A DNA stretch of 64,000 nucleotides from Negaprion brevirostris. Lineage: Eukaryota. The translations under genes were made by a program, and so were the position numbers. Below are positions 1 to 12,544 of the stretch, one piece after another. The DNA is taken from NCBI GenBank assembly GCA_030324005.1, contig JARDVH010000025.1, forward strand, positions 45,031,504-45,095,503, read 5' to 3'. The notes below the pieces were generated by a model. The model ran no database searches and was not told the DNA's origin. It worked only from the letters and a program-made list of their open reading frames with translations. The stretch's first letter is position 1. Every line of letters starts with the position of its first letter.

Positions 1-399
1 AATTTTTGACTAAGAATAAAATATTCCCCAGAGGTCCAGTAGATTTTCTGGCCAGTTTTTCAACTTGGCTTTGCATCAGACTAAAGTTAGGGTACTAACC
101 TGGTACCCAGCGGCAAACTCGTGTGATGTTTGGCGACACGTTGATTGAAGGATAACTGTCATCTCCTGCTTTCGTGTGTTTAGGAGTCATTGGATCATTG
201 CTCAAGTCCTAAGTTTTATGACCACTTTAATGTTGATACTCATCCAGTGGCACCCGACATCTTGTTGAAAGTGGTAGTGTAATTGCAATCTGGGACATGC
301 AGCATAACATGTAGGGTACTTTTCTGAGGTAATCATGCATCTTAGTCAGAAAATGATCGCAAACTAGGAGACCAGGGCTGAATTAACTTATATCAACAT

Positions 400-510
400 T
401 ATTTCAACTGAAGATGCATTACTGTCTACAACTTCTATACTTCATTGGCTGAAAACATGCTTTGGGGCACTCTTGAGATCGTCATAAGTGCAATATAAAG
501 GCAAATCTTC
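400..510 (+). mobile_element. 3' end of a degenerate Deu-domain SINE / L2-type tail
   Basis: tacttcattggctg...gctttgggg...gcaatataaaggcaaatcttc resembles the reverse complement of the copy at 3630-3700. Confidence 0.45.
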
Positions 511-899
511 CTGTTTTATTTCCTGATAATTTAAAATATTATTTATATATGTATTAAATTATTTTAAGTCATTGGTTTACTAATTTTTGTATTGGTGTGT
601 TTTGCTGATATAAGTATCATGATGGACAGTTCAGACAACATGACTATGTGACATTAAGGCTGAACCTGACTATCTGAGTCTCTGACACAAGATAGGACTG
701 TTTTCAGGTCACAACTTAACCCTCCCAATTAGCAGATCTTCAGGTTGGTCTTTACCAGAACAAACCAATTAAGAGCTTAGCTCCAGACTTCCCAATCAAT
801 TAGGGAGGGCAAATGGGGTGATGTGGCTATTTTGATAGAAGAAGGATTTCAGAAAAGCTCAGCAGCATCTGGATGTTTTGGGCTCACTGCCCGCAGCAA

Positions 900-2177
900 T
901 GAAGTGGAGAGCTGAGAAGGCTGCTCGCTGGGTGTTGCCCTCATAATCTGGAGATCCTGCTACTGGATTTGAGGGGCTGCAGTGAGGCGAACTCTCCCAT
1001 TGACAGGAGGAAGAGGACAACTTTTCTAACCAAGTGTGGATGTTAGTAGCAGGAGTGTGGTCCCTCCAGCCTGGATACCATGCAGCAAGAGGATCCAGGA
1101 CCGCAGGAGGGCAGAACAGATGAGTGACGCAGCGCTTTAAAGCGTCAAGATCCACACTCCCAACTCATCCAGCATTCTCCTGCACAACCTTCCTCACAAC
1201 AACACACCTTCCAGCTACACTCACTTCTTGCTCTGCAGGTACCTCTCATCCGTCTGAGAAGCAAACACACACATTCACCCTCACCGATGCCTCACAGCCA
1301 TCTTCCTCTTTATGCAAGCTGTTACCAACACTTGCACCTCTCTGCTTTTTATCCTTGTAGGGAAAGAGAGCTCACAGCGTGAGATGGAGACTTGAGATGT
1401 GCAGTAACAGTTACCTTATTGGCTACTAGCAGTTTGTGCCCATCTGCTCTGTTGGGAAGGAGGCCCTTGTTCCAGGAAGTTGTAGATGTCAGCAGTGACT
1501 TTCTATGAGAGCCTGGGTTTCCTGAGGCACTGGTGCTCAGCCATGTAAAGAAAGCTGATCGTGTGACCCTGTATTGGAGTTGTCAGCTCCTCCCAGTTGC
1601 ATCTCAGACATTCTGTTTGCCCTGCGGAGGGACATGTTGCTGAGGAGAAGGAAGCTGTTGCTGCTACTGAAGCAGTTGGCTGTGGTGAGTACCCTGCCCT
1701 TGAGTCTCAGTAGAGATGGATGGTGAAACTGCATCAGCTGTTCCCATGCACTCTGAATGCTGGCAGCTGGGAACTGTGGCTGAAGGTGAGTAAAGCGTCT
1801 TCCAAAAACTTGGCAATCACCTATCAAGCAGTGCAGGCATCCTTGGATAGAAGGAGTGCTTTGAACAGCATGTGACTGATTAAAGCCTTCCCAGCTTGTC
1901 AGTATCAAGGAGGATGTCCTTCCCACTGTGCATTTGCTTTCTCCAACCTGCCAGGTTGCAGACAGAATATGGGAGTCCTGTGCTGTTGGGAATGAGGAAA
2001 TTGTTCCTAATTGCCATCTTGAGTTCTTCAGCTGACTTCCCACTTCGGCTGCCACTCCCAAAAAGTTCTTGGGAAAGTTGGAAAGGGCTGGCATAATGTT
2101 CAGATCCTGATGCAATGTCATCTGCTGCAGAATTCCCACCTCAAACCTGTCTCCGCCAGCCTGGGAAAATTTCACCT
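900..2177 (+). mobile_element. Decayed DNA transposon (PIF/Harbinger-like) with a Myb/SANT-like gene relic
   Basis: LEILL (~948) and VSSRSVVPPAWIPCSKRIQD (from 1042), then a C/A-rich intron and ttgtag|GKRAHS at 1361. Ends in a GGAAAATTTCACC TIR-like motif. Confidence 0.45.
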
Positions 2178-2319
2178 ACAGCCACTGCCTAAGAATTGAT
2201 TTTGATGTTGGGCAGGATGGTTTAGCACATGCGATGTCTAGAACTCTTTTGAACCCGAAAATAAATCGCAATAGAAAAATCTGCTCCGGATTCCAGTTGA
2301 TGATATTATCTTTAATATA

Positions 2320-3360
2320 GCTGAAAATTCTCCTATCATGACTGGTTAATTTTTGATGCATCGGGTTGGGAGATGGACGTGTCAGCCATTTTGTGGGATT
2401 CACCCATGCTTTCCCAACATGTGCCCGTCTTCCACTGCCAGAGAGCAGGGGGCCGAGATCACACTGGAAACCGGTGGGAGGACCAGGTAAGTGATTTGAT
2501 CTATTATAATGTAATTTAAATGTCATTGTTGGGCCCGGGCCTGAATTCTCCAGGCCCGATCGCATCTCCCACCCCGCCAGGAGTATTTCACTCCAGCAGG
2601 GCTAGAGTACATCCCCACTTTAGGGAACTAGTCAGAGACCCTGCTGGAATGAATGGGGCAGGGGGCAGTCAGGGCCCCTTCAGGGGTCAGGCAGAGGCTT
2701 GTACCCTTGGACATGGACTCCCTGGCAGTGCCAGCCTATGCCCCTGTCACTGCCCAAGGGGCAAAGTGCTCATGCCTGGGGGCACCTAGGCACTGCTAGT
2801 CGGGCATCAGGCAGTGTCATGGCATGGGGCCTATTGTGGACGTGGCTTAGGGATGATCAGTGCAGGTGGAGGTCCCACTGCCACTGTGCATGGAGATTGG
2901 TCAGGGTTGCAAGGAGGCCAGCAATCAGGGAGACCTGGAGATGTAATAGTTTGCTGGGTGTGTCTGCCTGCCATGGGGAGGGGTTCTGCCCAGTTAGGGA
3001 GTGGGAGCTGGTGATTGTGTTGCTCCAGGACGGGAGGAGGGTCGGGGCTGGCCTGAGTTTTTTTGGGGGCCGTGATTGGCCAGTAGAGGGGTGCTGGAGA
3101 GGCAGCACTGCAAGGGTCCCGGGCTCACCAGCAAACTGGAGTCTCAAAGTTTGGGGCCACTGTGCATGCGCAGAGCTCTGGATCTGTCAGACTCTGGCGT
3201 GAATAGGCCCCACCCCTGAGCTTTTAATGATATTCCTGATTGTGACCTCTGCATGGCACAGTGTGTTGCTGGTTCAAGTCTGAACTCCCACTGAAAAAGC
3301 AATTGTGAATTACATCATTGCTCCTGCCACTTAGAAAATTTTGGGGAGAATTGTCCCCCT
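2320..3360. repeat. GC-rich non-autonomous repeat (unclassified, probably DNA-transposon derived)
   Basis: GC-rich island sharing motifs (GGCAGTGCCA, GCCC, GAATTCTCC) with 4490-4970; its ORFs look spurious. Confidence 0.4.
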
Positions 3361-3629
3361 TATTCTGGATGGTACTGTGGTCATCACCAATACAGTAATT
3401 TATCACTGATGCAAGGGAATCAAGTAGAGTGAAATGGCTGACTATTGACTCTGAAATATTATTATTACAATAACTTTTGAAAATAGTCTTATTTCAATGA
3501 CAGTTCATTCCTACGTTATATCCGTGTTTAGTAGTAGCAGTCGAGTTTATAACACTGTTTTCTACATTAGCATTTTAAAACTCCAGGTGCAGTTATTGAA
3601 GAGCAGATATCCTGCATAAAATCTAACTT

Positions 3630-4050
3630 CTAGTTCCACTCCCTCCAAATATATGCCCAAAGCACTTTACAGTTAATGAAGTATGTCTGAAGTGCAGTCA
3701 CTATTGAAAAAGAAGAAACGTGACAGCCAATTTGTGCACAGTAAGATCCCATGAACAGTAGTGTGATTATGACCAGATAATCCGTTTTTATGATGATTGA
3801 GGGATACATTTTGGCCAGGATAATAACTCCCAGGCTTTTATTCAAAGCAGTGCCTTGGAATCTTTTACATACATCTAAGATAGCAGAAGGGACCTCTGTT
3901 TACCATCTCATCCAAAAGATGGCATTGCCAACTGTGCAGCACTCCCTCAATATTGCATTGAAGAATCAGCCTAGATTTTTGTGCATGAGTCTGAGTGAGG
4001 CTCGAACTCAAAGCCTTCTGATATAGACTCCAGTGCTACCAACTGAGCCA
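3630..4050 (-). mobile_element. Deu-domain tRNA-derived SINE (SacSINE1/AmnSINE-like)
   Basis: The minus strand reads TGGCTCAGTTGGTAGCAC (A box) and GAGTTCGAGCC (B box), then ...GGCTGATT...TGAGGGAGTGCTGCAC...CTTTTGGATGAGATGGTAAAC. Confidence 0.75.
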
Positions 4051-4489
4051 GAGGTAACAGTGTACAGTTCCCATATAGTTAACAAAACAATGGAAGAAAG
4101 GAAAAAGAATCAAGAAAAATACCATTTTGATAAGCAACGAGAAAACAAAAGAACCCAAGTCCCCTACATTTGCAATTACAAAATCAGTTTCGAAATTTTG
4201 GGCACGAAGATTAAGAAAGAATCAAATTTTCTGTCATCAAAATAATGAATACTGGGACTGAATTTAAACGTCAAGTCCAGTTTTAAGCTCTGCATATTTG
4301 ACAGAACATTAACTTAATTGATAATCAAAAAAAATTACAGAAATTACCTTCTTTTGAAAGTCAATAAGATTTACAGGGTGTTTGTGCCAAAATGCTGCAC
4401 CTACTGTGGAAAAAGCTCTAATTCATCTTTTCTTGTAAGAAGAATGTTCCCAGTTATGTTGGAGTTGTTCCATGATGGTTCTAGTTTTT

Positions 4490-4970
4490 ACAGATGATGC
4501 GGCGGTCCTCCCAGCCCACTGTGCTGCTCAATTAGCGCAGTGGGCCAGGAGACATCAGCTGCGGCCATTTAGTGGGATTCATGCTGGGCACCATAGCCCT
4601 GCGAGCCTTCCAGGGTGAGTTTTCAGCTTCATCAGATCCATGCCGAAAATCGGCACAGAACTGATTTTCATATGGAAATTTGAATTTCCATGTGATTAGC
4701 GGGCCCGGGATGGTATTCTCTGGGCCCTGTTGCGTCTCCCCCATCCCCAATAATGAGAAACCGTATCTCGCAGGAGCAGACTGAGGCCATTGAGGCCACC
4801 CTGGGAGGTCGAGGGTTAGGGAGGTGGAGTTACCCCTTTGGCAGTGGCAGCCTGGGGCAGTGCCAAGGGACTGGGGCCAGAGGAGTCAGTGCCTATTGGG
4901 AAGGTGCAGCCTATTGGGGGGGTGATTGGTTGTTGGTGGGGGGGAGACCCACTGACACTCTGCAGTGCTA
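4490..4970. repeat. GC-rich repeat related to 2320-3360
   Basis: Shared GC-rich motifs. Confidence 0.35.
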
Positions 4971-5270
4971 ATCACTGTGCCACTGTGCTACCCCAATTTC
5001 AATTGTTCTTGTGGTTGTCCCTGCAATTCATAGATTTTTTTTTTAGTTTTGATGCCTATAGTTCGGTTTGCAGTCAGGATTTGACAGCTTGTTTCCTGAT
5101 GGTGACCAGAAGTTATTGGAGATCTGAGACAGGCAGATAATGTAGTATTTTTGGATTTGCAGTCCACATTCGATAACTTGCAGCATGACTTGTTGAGCAA
5201 GCTGAGATGTTGCTGCAAAGACGTGACAGTTGCTGGAGGATAAGGATTGACGAGGTATTGCCCCTGTCAG

Positions 5271-5540
5271 AATAAGAACATAAGAACATAAGAACATAAG
5301 AAATAGGAGCAGGAGTAGGCCACCCAGCCCTTCGAGCCTGCCCCGCCATTCAATNNNNNNNNNNNNNNNNNNNNNNNNNNNNNNNNNNNNNNNNNNNNNN
5401 NNNNNNNNNNNNNNNNNNNNNNNNNNNNNNNNNNNNNNNNNNNNNNNNNNNNNNCCATTCGCCCAGCCTATCTAGATCCTTCTGCAGACTCTGCACACCC
5501 TCCGCGCAAATTGCCGTTCCACCAATCTTGGTGTCATTAA
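5271..5540 (-). mobile_element. CR1/HER1 LINE 3' end and RT fragment spanning a gap
   Basis: (TAAGAACA)n tail repeat and the CR1 3' stem-loop; the minus-strand peptide DTKIGG...LQKDLDRLGEW. Confidence 0.85.
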
Positions 5541-5724
5541 CATAGACTGCACAAGATCTAAAAAATTGACTATGGAAAAAATAACCTTGCTCGTCCAAAC
5601 GAAAATTGGAGTGAAGTAATGTTTGTTGGAATTCAAACAAAGTAGAAGAAACTCATTGGGCTAAAGCTCATATACCGATACACAATGAGCCTCAGGAAGT
5701 ACTTCTGGAACGCAAACACTCAGT

Positions 5725-6045
5725 AAGAATCAGCTCATGGTGCTCCAGTAGTTCTGAGTGGAGATGCTCTGAGTTATACAGGCAAGTACAGTCTCAGCTT
5801 CATGTCTGCTTTGTTCAGTTAGATGATTCGTCACCTAGAGCGGGGGCAAGAAGGGCTGCTGCATATGCCTTCACTGTCCCTGGGCTAGGGAGGGTAAGAG
5901 TGAAACCAAGTTCCCACTTCTGATTATTATTTCGCTTCTTCTGTTGGAAGGTGCTTTAATTGCAACTATGTCATTCAGAACAATCAAGCAGTATCAGCAC
6001 TAGCTGTCTTGGCTCACTAATGAAGAATAGTCATTTGCATGAACT
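5725..6045 (+). mobile_element. Old SINE-like repeat; second copy at ~16340-16640
   Basis: Motifs CCCTGGGCTAGGGAGGG and CACT(T/C)CTGATT; similar organisation in the second copy. Confidence 0.4.
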
Positions 6046-6869
6046 ATATCCACTCTTCAATGGATTTTCTTTTGCATTTATTGAAAATATTGCATATTTT
6101 TGCAAAATAGGCCCTGCAGATTCTATCCAGTAATACTGCAGATTTATTTTGCCCTCCTGGTGACAAGTCAGCACTTGCTAATCGTCTGAAATTAGGAATA
6201 ATGGAATAGTTGTCAGAACTAATTATTTTGTAATCTATATTATGCATTATGTTTGATGAAACTTCCATTGATTTCATTGTAGTGTTCACCACTTTGTCAT
6301 TGTGTGGAGTTAATGACTCAATTTAGAACACTTTAAAATACTGTACACAGCAATTATTGTGTTAACTGTGTGCAAATTTTCAGTTCAGCAGAGTAGAGGT
6401 TAACTGCCTTTTTTCAGAAGAGGGATAAGGTGTGGCAAGAGCAGAAGGAAATCTTTGACATTGGCCTGAACGGCTTTGTCCAGTAAATTTGACAAGCCTA
6501 CGTTGGTACTACTACTGTTAGTGGCCAGTGTAAAAGCAACTTGTATATTATGTCAGGAAAACAGCACCAATAACTATCTCACATTCTCATCCTTTTGGAA
6601 AATCAAGCAATTCATTTCTACTGTAATGTGGCTTGGAGATATTCAAGGGGCTGCCATATTTGGGGAAGGGTGGAACTTGCAAGATGTCGTAGTCGATTGG
6701 ATGTTCGTTTTTCAGCTCTTTGCAGTTATATCTATTCCTTTGATACTGAAATGTTGGTAACCAAGAAAGTTCTGATTTATCTCTTTGTGCATTGCTGCTC
6801 CCTTTGCAGTGATTCCACTGTTGTCCAGCTGAGTGACACTCCTCTCATATAGTTCCAATTCCAATTATC

Positions 6870-8540
6870 TAATTGTAACTAGCAGATCACTTGCAATGCT
6901 TCTGCATTTTCTGCTCCTGCACCGCTACCTCTGGTGTTCCCCAAGGATCTATCCTCGACTGCTTCTATTTCTTGTTGGCACACTGTGTCTCAGTGTATCA
7001 TCCAATGCACAGTGTTAATTTTGAATGTTGACACCCATCCCCACTTCATCACCACTTTTAACACCTCCACAGTTACTAAGTTATCAGATTGCTTATCTGA
7101 TATCCAGTACTAGATCAGCAAAATTTCTCCCAATTAAACATCATCAAAATTGTTGACCAAGTTGAGGCCAAGAGGTGCAGTCATCAACGGGATCTGAAGA
7201 TCTGTTAGTCGCAGATTTTGCCAGCGAGATCACAATCTTGGAACTTCCTTGTCCCTTCACCGGCAACATCATCACTATAGGCCTGAACCTGATTTACATG
7301 AAATTCAATACATTTCAGTATCATTAAACTGGGGATGGGATGGGGGAGGGGGTGTGGAGGTGGATATCGGTTCCAACCATGGTGGGGAGGGAAGAGGCCA
7401 ATGATCAGGAAGGAGGGACAGAGAAGTGCTGACTCCAATCATAGATGGGAGTGGAACCCTGGGATCTCTGTGGTGGGCTGGGGTGAGATTTATTTATTTA
7501 TTAATATCACAAGTGGGCTTACATTAACATGTAATGAATTTACTATAAAGATTCCCTTGTCGCCACACTCTGGCATCTTTTCAGGTACACTGAGGAAGAA
7601 TTTAGCATTGTCAGTGCATCTAACCAGCATGTCCTTCAGACTGTGGGAGGAAACCAGAGCACCCAGAGGAAACCCACGCAGACATGGGGATAAGTGCAAA
7701 CTCCACACAGACAGTGACCCAAGCTGGGAATCGAATCCTGGCCTCAGGTGCTGTGAGGCAGCAGTGCTAACCACTGTGCCACCATGCTGCATATACAGGT
7801 TATGATTGAGGCACCCATCAAAGATGGTGCCCTGATCTATGTGCAGCTGGGTTTTGCTTGTTGAGGCTCCATCCCCTGCATGATGGTGTGAAACACGCCC
7901 CTTTGATTTATTTTGGAAGTGTTGTAAAATCTGAAGAGAAAACAAGAGAGAAACATGCTGGAAACAACACTTTGCCATTTTTTGGTAAGATTCCCCCAAA
8001 GTTTCCGTTGCAAGCTACAAACTCTGTCACTCTTCCAGGCAATAATCAAAAATCATGCCACTCCATTTGCTATCTTGATGTGACATATGAGCCACATAAG
8101 CTTCCAACCTCATTTTCTTGCCATCACTAAAACTGCCTATTTAAGACCATCTGTTTGCACCTTCATAACAGTACCTGACTTCGCCCATGTCCCTGCTGAT
8201 CTGCTGCTCAAATGCTTATTATTGCCTTTGTTATCTCTGGACTTGACCATTCAAAGCACTGTTGACAGGTCTCCCACATTTGACCCTGTAAGCTTGAAAT
8301 CATCCAAAGCTTTGCTATCTACATCTTTAACTCAAAGCAAGTCGTGTTTTCCCCCCTCACATCCTATCCTCACTCATCTACGTTTGTTCAAGGTCAAATA
8401 ATGTCTTGATTTTAAAGTTCTCATCCTTGTTTTCAAATGTCTCCACGGCCTGGCTGTTCCCTAGTTTTTTCTAGCCCACAGCCCTCTGAGATATCTACAA
8501 TCTTCTAATTCTGACCACTTGTACATCTCCATCTTTAAAT
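6870..8540 (+). mobile_element. Degenerate L2 LINE RT fragments interrupted by younger insertions
   Basis: GGTGTTCCCCAAGGATCTATCCTC (GVPQGSIL) at ~6933; GCCTTTGTTATCTCTGGACTTGAC (AFV.S.LD) at ~8224. Confidence 0.6.
7488..7790 (-). mobile_element. HE1-like V-SINE, tail type B
   Basis: tRNA head GGTGGCACAGTGGTTAGCACTGCTGCCTCACAGC; V domain GGGTTTCCTCTGGGTGCTCTGGTTTCCTCCCACAGTC; tail ...CTTGTGATATTAATAAATAAAT. Confidence 0.9.
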
Positions 8541-9199
8541 ACTGATTGATTGAAAAGTAGACTCTGGTCAAGGCATTTCCATGCGAAATGTACCAGGGAA
8601 CATGGGGAATAACTGTTTGCTGGTGCATTCTCCATGACAAAGCNNNNNNNNNNNNNNNNNNNNNNNNNNNNNNNNNNNNNNNNNNNNNNNNNNNNNNNNN
8701 NNNNNNNNNNNNNNNNNNNNNNNNNNNNNNNNNNNNNNNNNNNAAAGCTTTGACCTAATCAGACTCTGCTTGCCAACCGATCAACACCTTTTTCTCATGT
8801 AGTGTAAATAGCTGTTTGCTGTTGAAATTTGGTATTCTTGCATTTGTCCTAATTGAATTCAAGAGAAAAAGCTTTAACATTGTGCCTTTCAGCAATATAA
8901 ATATTAGTTGTTGTTATTCTATTACTAAATGTTCTGTGGAAACATCTTGAGGATGTGATTATTCCCCAGTAATACACTCTGTAACAGAACATTGTATAAT
9001 TGCAACTGAAGTGGCATGGCAGTCATTGCATTTGTAGTGGGCTAAGAAGGTACACGATTCATTGGCCTCTGTTCTCACCGGGCCCTCTTCTCGGCCAGCT
9101 GAGCTTTTTGATACTTTCTGCCTCTTCCAGTGCTCTTCCAAACCATTGGCCTCCAGAATTCGTGTTCCTCAGTAACTGCCTCCCTATTTTCAGTCTCAA

Positions 9200-9500
9200 T
9201 GTTCACTATCTTTATAAGTGGCTTGCAGGTGTCAAGAGCTGCCCACTTCAGAGTAGATTCAGGAAGCACCTCTTCACACACAAGGGAGTGGAAATCTGGA
9301 ATTTGCCCTATAAAGAGCTGTGGATAATTCATCACTAAAATTCCAACTTGAAAAATCAATCTATTTTTCTGCTGGGAAAGGCTATCAAGAAATATGGAGC
9401 AAAGATGGCTGAATGGCACTGTGGTGCAGATCAGTCATGATATAAATGATTGGTAGAACAGGCCTCAGAGGCTGATCGGCTGCTTCTGTTCCTACCCTCC
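9200..9500 (+). mobile_element. Old CR1 3' fragment
   Basis: FRKHLFTHKGVEIWNLP and a CR1-type 3' UTR. Confidence 0.7.
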
Positions 9501-10071
9501 ATGATGCTAAATGCATTAGTTTCCTGGGCTTAAATATGCTGTGAAAGTTATTAAGCATGTGACTTGGGCAGAAAATTAACAATGAAAGATTGAGGAACGT
9601 ATATTCCAATGGACTTATTGCAGCTAATGAACAAACCTTTAAAGCTTCAATCTTTCTGAATGTTGTTATGACTGATTGATTGTGATCAATCATCGATCGG
9701 TTGACTGCAGCTTCTAGACCACCTTCTGTGAATGCGTATGGGCCTCACAGAGTGTGAAGCCTATCCAAACGCAGAACATGACCACTGTGCTCATTGTTGC
9801 CTTGATTCCAGTTGATTTTTAAAAGTGGACTCTTTTCCCACAATGTTTAGTGTAATAATGTTACTTTAACTACAGTGTTTGAACATGGATTGTTCCTTGG
9901 GGTTGGCCTGTGCAGAGTGCCAAATGTGTTGTATCGCACAGTTAAGGAGTGAATGTACTCACTCACTGCACAAGTGCTTTAAAGAAAGACTATTTGGTAG
10001 CTATAAATCCCATTAGATTTGGAATTGTTTTCTGTACTACACAACAGTTATCCAGATTAAAGGGCTGCATT

Positions 10072-10605
10072 AAATTTGATTTATTATTATTACATGTATT
10101 AGTATACAGTGAAAAGTATTGCTTCTTGCGTGCTATACAGACAAAGCATACCGTTCATAGAGAAGGACATGAGATAATGCAGAATGTAGTGTTAGTCATA
10201 GCTGGTGTATAGAGAAAAATCAACTTAATGCGAGGTAGGTCCATTCAAAACTCTGATGGCAGCAGGGAAAAAGCTTTCCTTGAGTCAGTTGGTACGTGTT
10301 CTCAGACTTTTGTATCTTTTTTCTGATGGAAGAAGGTGGAAGAGAGTATGTCTGGGGTGTGGGTGTCTTTAATTATGCTGGCTGCTTCTCCAAGGCAGCG
10401 GGAAGTGTAGACAGAGTTAGTGGGTGGGAGGCTGGTTTGAGTGATGGACTGGGCTCCTGTCATGACCCTTTGTAGTTTCTTGTGGTCTTGGGCAGATCAG
10501 GAGCCATACAAAGCTGTGATACGACCAGAAAGAATGCTTTCCATGATGCATCTGTAAAAGTTGATGAGAGTCGTAGCAGACATGCCAAATTTCCTTAGAC
10601 TTCTG
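10072..10605 (-). mobile_element. Rex1/Babar-like LINE 3' fragment
   Basis: Homologous to 58505-59202; (AAATC)-type tail on the minus strand. Confidence 0.7.
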
Positions 10606-12544
10606 AAAAAAATTTTGATTAAAGTCAAGCTGTCTAATTTTGTGAAAACAATAGGTTTTGTTTTCATTTGTATTATTTGATTTTAATTGAATAAAGGTGC
10701 TTTTACTTCAGAATTAACGTGAGTTACTTATAAGCAGAGGATAGACCATTGAATTGATTCAAGGCTGTGCTAGATAGATTTTTGATAGACAAGGGAGTGA
10801 GGGGTAATGGGGGAAAGACAACGAAGTGGAATTAAGACCACAACCAGATCAGATGTGAATGACGTAGCAGGCTATGCTTGTTTCGTAATGGCTGTCACAG
10901 AAGCCAATCTACAAAAAGTGCTTTGTTAAATAGATAACTAATTTAAAACAAAATTTGCTTAAAAGCATGATCTGTTTCACAGTCAGAAAACAGGCTTCCC
11001 TGATCCCTATCCTAATGGATTCTTAATGCTGCCCCCTTTCAACAGACAGTAGTGTTGTGTGCAAGACCTCCCCCAAAGCTGTCACATTGACTGGCTGATG
11101 GGACGAGGGGATGGAGTCCTGCAGTTGAGAAGAGCAGAACTGGTCTTGTCAGTTTTGCGTAAAGTAACATCCCATGGCCTAGTGACACAAAACCTGTCCA
11201 AATGACATTAGAAGCCCCCGAAATAGAAACCAGCAAGTTTGGGACTGGAGCCTGACCATTGAAGCTACTGGGAAAAGAAACATTCTTCAACTGTCTGATT
11301 GAGCTGACAGGTTGTCGTTCCAGACGTGAGTTCTGCTGAAGGGTAATGGTGAAGCATTGACCATTTACTTGACCCTTCTCTCAACAGATGCTTTGCCTGA
11401 CTTGCTAAGTGCTCCCAGCATCTTGTGTTTGTGTTCCATTCCTGCCTGAGTTTCCTTTTCAGCTGAACTGTACATTTTCAGTGACCTTTATGCTTAAGTT
11501 CATAGTGACCTGCAAACCAATAGTGAGGTTGGGTGAAGAGGTAACTTGAGGCTGTTTCAGCCCCAGTCATTTGCATGCATAAGTAAAAATGAGGCATGAT
11601 TTTAATACTGGAAAAACCCTGTGTTGTAGTCAGCTATTAGATTGAAGATCAAACAAGATGCGATATATAAGGGGTCTGCTCTTGAGAGCAAATGGGGCAT
11701 GAATTACTGGAGAACCCTGCCTGGGGATTGATCAGGGTGTGTAGGCCTCTGGAGAGAAAGGGGACAGCTGTGAGCAAGAAGAGCAAACCCATCAGCCAAT
11801 TTATTTTAAAAAATCTCATGGGTGTTTTTTCCACACGAATAGTTTCTGTTTGGCCACAGTCATAATGAATTTGGATAGTCTTCAAAAGGCAACAAAGTCA
11901 ACGCTGGTGTATGACCGCATTTAGGAGAAATCTGAAAAATACTGTTGACTGCTACAGGTGAAACAAATTTTTTTTTAAGATAATAAAAGAAAGTCCTTGG
12001 ATAAATCAAATTGTGGAACAGATGCTGGATTCTTGCTGTATTTGCATGTGTGATAACAGGCTTGCACTGGCATGGTGTGTACGCCTTCAGTAACTAAGCA
12101 GCTGTTCCACATTTTTAGCACCAGGGCAAGCACCACCACAGTACACTTTGCAAATGCTCTTGTCAGGGCACTGCCACCCTGTCAGCACTAAGTTTTCACG
12201 TACAAATGGATTTTCATTTCTGCTGTTCAAAAGGACAATGTTCTCTGAAATTACATGTGATCAAATGGTACGAAGTTGAGTGAGAATCTGATTTTCTTCC
12301 TCCTATTTTCAGCTTTGTCCTTTCCCCTGCCTGCCCCTCTCCAAAAAAACAGGAGTGCAAAATCAGATAGCCTCAAATGGGATGGTGCTTTTTATTGGCT
12401 GCATGGGACCTAAAATCATAATTCCTCAACATTTCTTAAAACACCTCTTAATGGGTTCATTGTTGCTCGAGCAATGCTGACAGTCATGTGTGAAGTGATT
12501 CTGACCTGGGACAGAGTGAAAAATGGCACAAGATAGGAGATGAG

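Noticed and set aside
1537-3202. Overlapping 130-210 aa ORFs
   Set aside because: No recognisable domain; they lie in GC-richer transposon-derived sequence where stop codons are rare.
5271-5302. (TAAGAACA)n short repeat array
   Set aside because: Ordinary CR1 3' microsatellite tail; there are no spacers, so it is not CRISPR-like.
6476-6760. Possible upstream FBXL4 exon (FDKP and FGEG words)
   Set aside because: Only short chance matches; the expected ...GYFDKLPYE followed by a splice donor is absent.
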